The position numbers were made by a program, and so were the translations under genes. From the human T2T-CHM13v2.0 reference genome, Homo sapiens: 64,000 bases of DNA. This document shows, piece by piece, positions 49,482 to 64,000 of the stretch (position 1 is the first letter of the stretch; each line of letters begins with the position of its first letter). The DNA lies in the NCBI RefSeq assembly GCF_009914755.1, contig NC_060927.1, one strand, 5' to 3'. The notes beneath the pieces are model-generated. The model ran no database searches. It was not told the origin of the DNA and saw nothing but the letters and a program-made list of their open reading frames with translations.

Positions 49482-49623
49482 ACTCCAGATAAATTGTTGC
49501 CTGCTTCTGTGTCTCTGCCAGCCTGTGATCATTTTGTGTTAGAGTTTGAAATCCGCTGTTTGCCTTTCTTACTGGTAGGATCCTTTTTTGTTCCTCTTTT
49601 TTTTTTTTTTTTTTTTTTTTTAA

Positions 49624-49728
<105 letters not shown>

Positions 49729-50128
49729 TGAGTAGCTGGGACGACAGGCACATGCCACCATGCCCAGCTAATTTTTGTATTTTTAGTAGATACGGGGTTT
49801 TACCATGTCGGCCAGATGGTCTCAATCTCCTGAACTCATGATCCACCTGCCTCAGCCTCCCAAAGTGCTGGGATTACAGGCATGAGCCACCGCTCCCAGC
49901 CATATTTTGTTCTTAAAGTGGGGTCTTTATTAACTTGTGGACATCATGGATTGTCTAACACCATCACAGTCCCTGGCTCAGGATTCTAATGTAGCATTAT
50001 TTATTGGTTTGGATAAACCCAGCTGTGCTACACTGCAGAGTAAAATCTCTGAGTCATGATTCTGGACTTTGGGAGCTAGTTTTGAAACTCTGATTTATTG
50101 TAGAACTTAGGCTTGTACCAATTTTACA

Positions 50129-50134
50129 AATAAA
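50129..50134 (+). terminator. FANCD2: FANCD2 distal poly(A) signal
   Basis: AATAAA ~650 nt after the exon 44 stop, followed by T/GT-rich sequence. Confidence 0.75.
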
Positions 50135-50324
50135 TTCTGTTCTAAGTTCTGCCTCAGTTGCCTCATTTATCTTTCTGGATTTGCTTCATTATTCAAGGAT
50201 TAGGTGGAATTGAATTGAGATTTGTGCAGAGAAATTATGGAGACTGGTGCTAACATAGTTCTGCCGATTAAAATCATGTCTCCTATTGTAAGAACCAACT
50301 TCATCTGAGATGAGATATATCTGA

Positions 50325-50567
<243 letters not shown>

Positions 50568-50824
50568 TGACCAGGCTGGTCTTGAACTCCTGACCTCGTG
50601 ATCTACCCGCCTCGGCCTCCCAAAGTGGTACAATTACAGGCGTGAGCCACCATGCCCGGCCAACTTCAATTTCTTGTCAGTGCCCAAAGAAAGTCAAAAG
50701 GAATGTTTTGGCTGCTTTTAAAATTTTTTTGATTGGTGTAATAGTATAAGACCAAAAAAAAAGCTGGGCGCGGTGGCTCGCGCCTGTAATCCCAGCACTT
50801 TGGGAGGCTGAGGTGGGTGGATCA

Positions 50825-51171
<347 letters not shown>

Positions 51172-51314
51172 CTAGTTACAAGAACGCTACAAAGGCCAGA
51201 TATTGTGGGTCACCGCTGTAATCCCAACACTTTGGGAGGCCGAGGCCAAGGCATTGCTTGAGTCCAGGAGTTCAAGACCAGCTTGGGCAATGTGGTGAAA
51301 CTCCATCTCTACTA

Positions 51315-51644
<330 letters not shown>

Positions 51645-51933
51645 TTAGCCAGATATGGTGGCCCGCACCTGTAGTCCCAGCTACTCAGGAGGCTGAGGCG
51701 GGAGGATCACTTGAGCCTGGGAGTTTGAGGCTGCAGTGAGCCAAGACCATGCTACTGTAGTCCAGCCGTGATGACAGAATGAAACCCTGTCTCCAAAAAC
51801 CAAAAAAATGCTACAAAATTACATTAGGAGTACATTTCAGCTAAAATGGAGACTCATGAGTTCCATGTAGCCTACCAGAAAGCCTAGCTTCAGTGCTGCT
51901 ACCAAGTTCTTTCTTGCCAGGCTGTAAGTATTG

Positions 51934-51939
51934 TTTAAT
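51934..51939 (-). terminator. FANCD2OS: Candidate FANCD2OS proximal poly(A) signal
   Basis: ATTAAA on the minus strand ~520 nt after the stop codon. Confidence 0.45.
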
Positions 51940-52459
51940 ATCAGTATTTCTACCCACTTTTGTACACTCTAGTGGTATTAGGGTGTGGTTGGTTAGGGTT
52001 TTTTTCTTATTTTCATTGTTTTGGTCGGGGGAGGTTTTAAAGTAATCCTTGACCTATATATATAGATTTTTGACATCCCCTGGTACATAGAAATCCATAC
52101 ATCTTTCTCCTCTACACCCCTTTTCCCCCCAATTCATTGTGGTTGTAGGTGTTTATGTGAGTTCACACTAGGCTCATTGGTTTATATCATTTGTTTAACG
52201 GTTATCACATGGACATGTCAATGCTAGTTTGACTCTAAATGGTTCAACCTTACAATGGGAATGTTCTTCCTTGTTCTCTATCATTGGTCCTTTTTTGGAG
52301 GGGAAGGGATGAAAGGGGCTCCTGAATCATCACTGCTTGAAACAAAAGCAAGATGGCTGGGACAATGTCACAGTTTCATTTACATGGACAGGTTTCTGTA
52401 AGCTTTAGGTACATACCAAAGGGCATGGTGTGAGTAAATGGGGATCAAATGAGGACCCT

Positions 52460-52993
52460 TTACTTGGAGTGCTGCAAGGCAAAGGTGCACTTTTTGTAAG
52501 TTGCATACAGCAAGAGGATAGAGCGCAGCATCTGTTTGCACATAGTGACTGTCATCTGAATCTGAGGCTCCTTCAGTCCAATGGGCCACTGGTGCTCCCT
52601 GCTAATGATTTTGCAAAAGGCTGACTTGTCTGAAACTCTGAAAGTCCCGGTCCACTTTGGTGGCTGAGCTGTGATAACCCTGCCAAAGACAGAATCTACT
52701 CCACTGAGGCGGATGGGCTGGGGCTTCCTGACCAGTCCTTTGTTGTTCATCGTGCGCAACTCTGATGTGTGGCAGGGTAACTTGGGACTCACTCCAGATT
52801 CCAGGAATGGGCTGTCTAGGACTAGAGTGACCTCTTGAAAGCACAGCTGCACTTCAAGGTCGGACGGTGTGTGTGGGAAGCAGGGGGAGGCCTTGAATGG
52901 GTGCTTGGAGGAAGGTGTAGGTGTCGTGTGCCGCAGCCATTGGAAACTCTCATCCAGTGGGGTCCATGGTGACCAGAGCTGGTATCCTGCCAT
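52460..52993 (-). CDS. FANCD2OS: FANCD2 opposite strand protein, 177 aa, single coding exon
   Basis: [33 protein letters not shown]...[12 protein letters not shown]; minus-strand acceptor ctcctttag at 53002-53003, 8 nt upstream of the ATG. Confidence 0.92.
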   Translation of the reverse strand: MAGYQLWSPWTPLDESFQWLRHTTPTPSSKHPFKASPCFPHTPSDLEVQLCFQEVTLVLDSPFLESGVSPKLPCHTSELRTMNNKGLVRKPQPIRLSGVDSVFGRVITAQPPKWTGTFRVSDKSAFCKIISREHQWPIGLKEPQIQMTVTMCKQMLRSILLLYATYKKCTFALQHSK

Positions 52994-53822
52994 TGACAGT
53001 CCTAAAGGAGGGAAATCAGAGCATGGAATTTCCCTGACATGCTTTTCATGAGAGCATGGCCTTTCAAATTCCCATCTCTGTCTCACTATAGACATAAACT
53101 TGTTCTATAGTTCCCATGAATAGATTCCAACAGGTGTTAGGATATTAGTAATTATTTTATTTTATTTTATTTTTTCTTTTTTGAGACAAGAGTCTCGCTC
53201 TGTCACTCAGGCTGGAGTGCAGTGGAGCGATCTTGGCTCACTGTATTTTTTTGTAGTGACAGAGTTTTGCCATGTTGGCCAGGCTGCTCTCCAACTCCTG
53301 ACCTCAGGTGATCCACCGCCTCGGCCTCCCAAAGTGCTGGGATTATAGGCGTGACCCACTTCGCCCAGCCTAGATATTAGTAATTCTAATAAAGGGAAGT
53401 AGGGAATGATTACAAGTATTGATCTGGCAACTGCTATGTGTACTAAAACTTTATATTAAACTTTTTCACAAGCCTTTGGAAGTAGGTCTTAACCCATTTT
53501 ATAGATGAGGCAATGGATTTGTCTGAAATGAATATAGGTCCACTGTTAGGACCTATGCTGTGTTGTTAGCTGCTAATGACAGAGTCTTTATCTTCTGAGG
53601 TGACAGAAGCTTCTGGGACTTCATGATGAGACCTTATTACTTGAGATTAGAAGAAGCTCAGAAAAGTCATGTCTTAAAAATATTTGTGGCTGGACACAGT
53701 GGCTCATGCCTATAATCCCAGCACTTTGGGAGGCTGAGGCGGGCGGATCACTTGAGGTCAGAGTTCCAGAACAGCCTGGCCAACATGGTGAAACCCTGTC
53801 TCTACTAAAAATACAAAAATTA

Positions 53823-53966
<144 letters not shown>

Positions 53967-53985
53967 CTAAAAAAAAAAAAAAAAA

Positions 53986-53990
<5 letters not shown>

Positions 53991-54040
<50 letters not shown>
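53991..54040. repeat. Perfect (TA)25 microsatellite after an Alu poly(A) tail
   Basis: Directly visible. Confidence 0.95.
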
Positions 54041-54045
<5 letters not shown>

Positions 54046-54049
54046 AGGT

Positions 54050-54187
54050 TCGCGATGTATGAACCCTGTAGTAGCAGCTTCAGCATCATTTGGAAACTTG
54101 CAGAAATGCACATTTTTGGGCCCCACCTCAGACCAACAGGAACAAACTCCACGTGGGACCCAGCAATCTGCATTTATATAAGCCCTC
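54050..54187. mobile_element. MER5A-like DNA transposon fragment
   Basis: CAGCATCATTTGGAAACTTG...GAAATGCA...GGGCCCCACCTCAGACC...CAGCAATCTGCATTT. Confidence 0.65.
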
Positions 54188-54805
54188 TTGCATTGTCTAT
54201 TTTGAGAATTTCTTATGCTATTCCTTTCAAACAACTCTAGCTTTCACTATTCATTACTGAGATCATCTCCTGGCCCCAAAGGCCTCTGCATTTTCTAGCA
54301 CAAGGGAGCAACTTGCAGACCCCTGGGTTATTTATATACCACCTCAGAGGAGCTACACCAGGCTGGGAGAAAACACTTCCAAAGTCCAGTCAAAAAACTG
54401 TTAAAGATTTTTGTTTTTCTAGGTGTGGGTGTGGTTTTAAATTTGTTTTTCTGATTTGTTTGTTTTCCATCTATGGAAGACCTACTGGTTCCATAAGACC
54501 TTAATTTTCTTTTTCCTTTGAAGATTAAAAAGGGCTGTGAGGATATTGCTAACTGAAAATTTATGCAAGTAAAATTAGAATTTTCCATCATTCTCCTTCA
54601 ACATTGCCAGTATATAAGAAGTTTTACTAAATTCAGAAGCTAATTTTTTTTAGCACGTACCTATTTTGTTAGTGGGCATAGCAGGTCCCTTTTCTTTCTA
54701 GCCAAGTGTATTTCTCTGCCCCTTCTTCTCCCACAGAAGATAGCAGCAGATCTCATCCTATCCAGTAATTGCCCCAGAAATACTGTGAAAATTTTGACAC
54801 CTTCA

Positions 54806-55024
<219 letters not shown>

Positions 55025-55487
55025 TCAGGAGGCCGAAGCAGGAGAATCACTTGAATGGAGGCTGCGGTGAGCCGGGATCAAGCCATTGAACTCCAGCTTG
55101 GGTGACAGAGGGAGACTCCGTCTCAAAAAAGAAAAAAACGTTGGTGACATTTCAGACCAGAAGACCTGCTCCTGACAATGGTTAGTATAGGGGGATTTGT
55201 TGATTTTCTCCAACTAGTATGTTTCTCATGATCTATGTAGGCTCTTTGCAAAGTACTAAGTGTTCAAATATCTGGGCTGCCTTAGAATGAGAAAGGGACA
55301 CCCAAGGGACAGTTATCTATTCCAAACACCCTGTGAAAGGCTTCTGGTGCTTGATATCTTGACCTTCAGAGCACATATCCAAGAGAGGGACTACTGTGGT
55401 ACACCACCATGGCAAGGTGGGCGGAGGGTATGAATGCTGTCAAGCATATTTTTAATCCCAGAATATGGGATTTAAAAAAGTATTTAA

Positions 55488-55742
<255 letters not shown>

Positions 55743-56234
55743 TGATCCGCCCGTCTCGGCCTCCCAAAGTGCTGGGATTACAGGCGTGAGCCACCGGGCC
55801 CGGGCCCCCCGGATCCTTTTCTTGCCACATCTTCTAAGAGGAAGTAGAGGTAGAAGTAAAAGTCTTTGTCAAATGTCCAGCCTAGGTCGCGGCGCGGTGG
55901 CTCAGGCCTGCAATCACAGCACTTTGGGAGGCCAAGGCGGGCCAATCACTTGAGGTCAGGAGTCAGCCTAAATATTCGGCAGAACCAACATGGGACGAGA
56001 GCGCTTCTAAACCTAGGTCCCTGCACCTCTTCGCACAAAGTTTAAAGATGGTTCACCCCATCCCCACCGCCCAGAAGTCACTGTCAACCACTCCAGAAGG
56101 GCTTGAACCTACAAAGTCTGCTCAAGCTGCTCAATAGCTCCCAGATATGGAACACCTGATTCTCCTGGCCAAAAAGGTTTCCCCTTCACACCCCACTTCC
56201 CATTCCAAGGAACCCCATCTCTTGATTTCCCCAC

Positions 56235-56620
56235 CTGGGAAACAGGGCGTTAGCGCCAAAGTGCAGCTGAGGTCCTGAACTGTAAACGGAGATCCCGAGG
56301 GTCTGGAGCTGCCGAGAGTGCGAGAGGCTCCCACTCCCCGCCGGAAGAAGGGGCTTGGGCCTCCTGGGTCCCTATCCGGGGGCGGGGACCAGAAGGTTCT
56401 GGCTGAGGCGGACGATGCGGTGGGAACCTGGGCCCAGTCCCACCATCCGGGCCCGGGGCTCACCTGCTGAACTCTGAGGGTCTCACGCTCCAAAGTGGCG
56501 GCCGCTGTTCGTGGCGCCTGGCAACCGCCTTTGTGACCCAGGACGGCAGGGCAGCCCGAGCCGCGGCGGGGATGGGGGCTCGAGGCGCCCTACTGGGAGG
56601 CGTCAGGGCCACACTCCCCG
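56235..56620 (-). promoter_or_regulatory. FANCD2OS: FANCD2OS CpG-rich promoter and probable non-coding exon 1
   Basis: CpG/GC-rich stretch with GC box (GGGGCGGGG ~56379); minus-strand donor candidates CAG|GTGGGG (exon end 56235) and CAG|GTGAG (56464). Confidence 0.6.
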
Positions 56621-57679
56621 CCCCCACCTCATTGGAATGCCTTGTCCAGGACTTGGCCTTCAGGAGGGCTGGTCCGAATCCTGTCCCCTCCATTGTCCTC
56701 CTCCCTACCGTGCCACACCTGTGTACCTGTGTGCCTTTGATCAAGCCACAGAGGACAGGCGACCCCTACTTCAATGGCCATGGTCAGAGGCCTGCATAAA
56801 AGTCCCAGGACCTGTAGTTAGTGTTAAAAGTTAGTCCCAACTCATCACACTCTGCTCAGTGGGTGCTCAGGCAGAGTGACCCAGAGCTCTGTCAGGTTTT
56901 GTTGCTCTATTTGAATGATCCCAGTGGCAAAGAAAGAGAATTAATAAATGTTCACCTGTCAAGAGCAGGAGGAAACGCACGTCTTTCCTTGATTTCCTGA
57001 CAGAAAACCTTTCTCAGCCTTGCGTTAAACCTGAGAGTACCTGTAATCCCAGCTATCTAGGTGGCTGAGATGGGTAGACTGCTTGAGCCCAGGAGTTCAA
57101 GACCAGTCTGGGCAACGTAGTGAGATTCCCGGCTCAAAAAGAAAACAAAAAAATCTCAAAAAGAATGATTTTGTCTCATTCTTATAATGCAGAAATACAC
57201 TTTCGCCATATTAGTGAAGGAGTGATTTGACAACTTTGTAATCATCACTTAAAATAATGACCCTGGATGGCTGAGGGAAGGGAGGAGTCTACCCAGCTGA
57301 TGTCTGTATTCCCAGTACCTGGCTATTGCCATGTCTGGCAGTGTGCAGTATTTGTGGGAGGAAGTAACTAATGGCCTACTTGGCCTTCCCTTGTACACCC
57401 AGAATTGCCCTTGCATTTTACAAACTATAGAACACACACCACAAATAAGACTTGTCACCTTTGTTCTGGTTTTTTGGGTAAAGCTGATGGAGAAAGACTG
57501 AGGGTCTGAGAATAGAGTCAGGCAAGATCCTGATTTAGAAGACACACACCCACTGTGTGTACATGTGCACCTTTTGGAAGAAGAGGTAAGTGGAGAAGAG
57601 TCTGGAGGGCATGTCGGGTCAGAACATGAAGAGAGAGGCACAGAATAGTGAGACTTGGAAGAGACACAAATGATTTTGA

Positions 57680-57960
<281 letters not shown>

Positions 57961-58037
57961 TGACCTGTGCACCTCGGCCTCCCAATGTGGTGGGATTACA
58001 GGCGTGAGCCACCACACTGGCTTTATTTCCCTCTTGA

Positions 58038-58268
<231 letters not shown>

Positions 58269-58469
58269 TGACCTCGTGATCCGCCCGCCTCGGCCTCCCA
58301 AAGTGCTGGGATTACAGGCTTGAGCCACCGAGCCCGGCTGACATTTTTATTTTAAAAGAAAACAGTCGTTTTCATTTAGGTTTTAATTGCACAGTGGTTT
58401 TTGTTTTGTTTTGTTTTTTAAATGAAAGTCCTCAATGCAAAATTGTATGTTTAAAAATTATTGGATAGA

Positions 58470-60293
<1,824 letters not shown>

Positions 60294-60516
60294 AAAAATT
60301 GTTGGATACAGTTTTCTGCCGTCTGCATAATAAGAAAATATAAACTGATCCTGAGTGCATGCTTTATGAAGAGCTAGACATTGTGCTTAGTGTTTTATTT
60401 ATACTTTCTCACATAATCCTCCAACAATCCTAATTCATCAGTGTTGTTATCCTTGAATTATACATAAAGAAACCAAAGCTCAGAGAGGTGAAATGACTCC
60501 TGGATGGTAGATTTAA

Positions 60517-60858
<342 letters not shown>

Positions 60859-61153
60859 TGATGCAATACCTTTAAAGGAAAAGCAGGTCTATCTGACTTT
60901 GTGATATCTAAGCAAAATGCCACTTCAACAGCATCACTTAGGATACAGGGCCTTGAGCAGCAGATAGCCTACTGCATGCTTAGGCTTCCCTAATTCTCTA
61001 TATCTATTATTTATTTTAGAAATCATTTATATGTAGGCTGGGCGTGGTGGCTCATGCCTGTAATCCCAGCACTTTGGGAGGCCGACGAAGGTGGATCACC
61101 TGAGGTCGGGAGTTCAAGACTAGCCTGACCAACATGGAGAAACCCCATCTCTA

Positions 61154-61348
<195 letters not shown>

Positions 61349-61987
61349 TCATAGGAGAGCTCAGACAGACTTTAACCTGTTTTCAGAGCGGTATAGTGAA
61401 GAGATAATGAAGTCTGGAATCAGCTGGTTAGGGTCTACCTTTTAATCGGCTTTGTTACCTTGAACATCAGATTTCTGATTTTTTATTTTCAAATGAGAAA
61501 CTTCTTCCTGGCTTCCTTCCACAGGGTTTGTGAGGGTCCAGTAAGGTAATAGCTATAAAAGCATCTTTATAGGTTATAAAATTCTCTACTGGGGTAAATA
61601 ACTGTTAGTAATGGTTTCTTCCCAGTTAATGCTAATACTGGTAGTAATCTGACTCTTCAGCCACTTTTTTTTTTTTTTTTTTTGAGACAGGGTCTCACTC
61701 TGTCACCCAGGCTTGAGTGCAAGAGTGCAATCACTGCTCACTACAGCCTTGACCTCCCTCGGCTCAGGTGATCCTCCCACTTCAGCCTCCCAAGTAGCTG
61801 GGATTACAGGCACATGCCACCATGCCTAATTTTTCTATTTTTTGCAGAGACAGGGTTTCACTGTGTTGGCCAGGCTGGTCTCGAACTCCTGGCCCCAAGC
61901 AATACGCCCGCCTTAGGCTCCCAAAGTGCTGGGATTAACAGATGTGAGCCACCACACCCAGCCACTGAGCCACATTTTTTCTTTTTA

Positions 61988-62295
<308 letters not shown>

Positions 62296-62406
62296 TTACT
62301 GCATGCCAGATTGTAAGTATTCCCTGAAATGAGAATAAAGTTGTTCATATTCCACTACCTTAGCAAAGCAGATAGTGACTTTTTTTGTAGATCCTTCTTG
62401 TCCTCA

Positions 62407-62728
<322 letters not shown>

Positions 62729-62837
62729 TTAAAAAAAAAAAGTAAGAAAAGGAAGGAAGGAAGGGAGGGAGGGAGGGTATTTTGTTTTTCCCCTCAATTT
62801 ATTGTATGTGTTTTCATGTTGCTTGTGTTCATAATTA

Positions 62838-63164
<327 letters not shown>

Positions 63165-63269
63165 TCACACCTGTAATCCCAGCACTTTGGGAGGCCGAGG
63201 CGGGCGGATTGCCTGAAGTCAGGAGTTCGAGACCAGTCTGGCCAACATGGTGAAACACCATCTCAACTA

Positions 63270-63530
<261 letters not shown>

Positions 63531-63599
63531 CTATTTATGACCATATTATTTTTTAGACTCCGTCTAAAAAAAAAAAAGACTTGTATTTAATGTGATTTA

Positions 63600-63921
63600 A
63601 TCGACTGTGCCCATCTCACTGCGGACACTGAGTGCGCAACCTGAGCCTGGAGCAGTTGAGGGAGACGGCAAGACCCCACGCGCCGTGTAACGACCATAAC
63701 GCGCGTGCACTACAACCTCGCCGCCGGCGTCCAGGCTTCTGTGTTCTATAGCGTGGGAGTAGAGAGCAAACGCCGGCGAGGACGTGACGTTGCACAGGCC
63801 TATCATAGTGCCCGAGAATTCGTGGGTGCTCAAGAGGATGGGTGTGGCCTGGCAGCGCAGGCGCACTAGAGGCCTGTAGGGTCGGGGCGCCTGCGCAGTC
63901 GCTCTTCCTCAGGCGGCGGCC
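63600..63921 (+). promoter_or_regulatory. BRK1: BRK1 CpG-island promoter / 5'UTR
   Basis: High CpG density; CRE-like TGACGT 63785-63790; NRF1-type motifs 63855-63865 and 63887-63897. Confidence 0.85.
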
Positions 63922-64000
63922 ATGGCGGGACAGGAGGATCCGGTGCAGCGGGAGATTCACCAGGACTGGGCTAACCGGGAGTACATTGAGATAATCACCA
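63922..64000 (+). CDS. BRK1: BRK1 (BRICK1, WAVE complex subunit) exon 1, truncated by window end
   Basis: Strong Kozak GCCATGG; [26 protein letters not shown]. Confidence 0.95.

Noticed and set aside
52994-53095. 34-aa N-terminal extension of FANCD2OS in the 211-aa ORF
   Set aside because: The upstream ATG lies before the splice acceptor at 53002-53003, so it is intronic.

Overview
Human (primate) genomic DNA from the FANCD2 - FANCD2OS - BRK1 locus (3p25, next to VHL), very Alu-dense. The + strand carries FANCD2 coding exons 18-44. All have canonical AG/GT boundaries and keep one reading frame; they include the K561 monoubiquitination exon and both alternative C-termini. The - strand carries FANCD2OS (177 aa), and the window ends in the BRK1 CpG-island promoter and exon 1. 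Introns hold a cytochrome c processed pseudogene, a full-length SVA nested in an old L1, young 5'-truncated L1s, and MER11 and LTR47-like solo LTRs. The top finding is not visible in the ORF track: between FANCD2OS and BRK1 (58470-60293) lies an endogenous bornavirus-like nucleoprotein element (EBLN). It is split by three Alus and several frameshifts, ends in stop + A-run, and is flanked by a 17-bp L1-type target-site duplication (TSD). Other notable structures: a ~99% identical 522-bp inverted duplication in FANCD2 intron 37; an L1 inserted into the exon 20 splice acceptor; a probable Alu/CYCS chimeric retrocopy; an SVA with a mutated poly(A) signal; and a predicted antisense terminal exon covering FANCD2 exon 32. 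Exon numbering, repeat subfamilies and viral homology come from recalled reference sequences, not from database searches.
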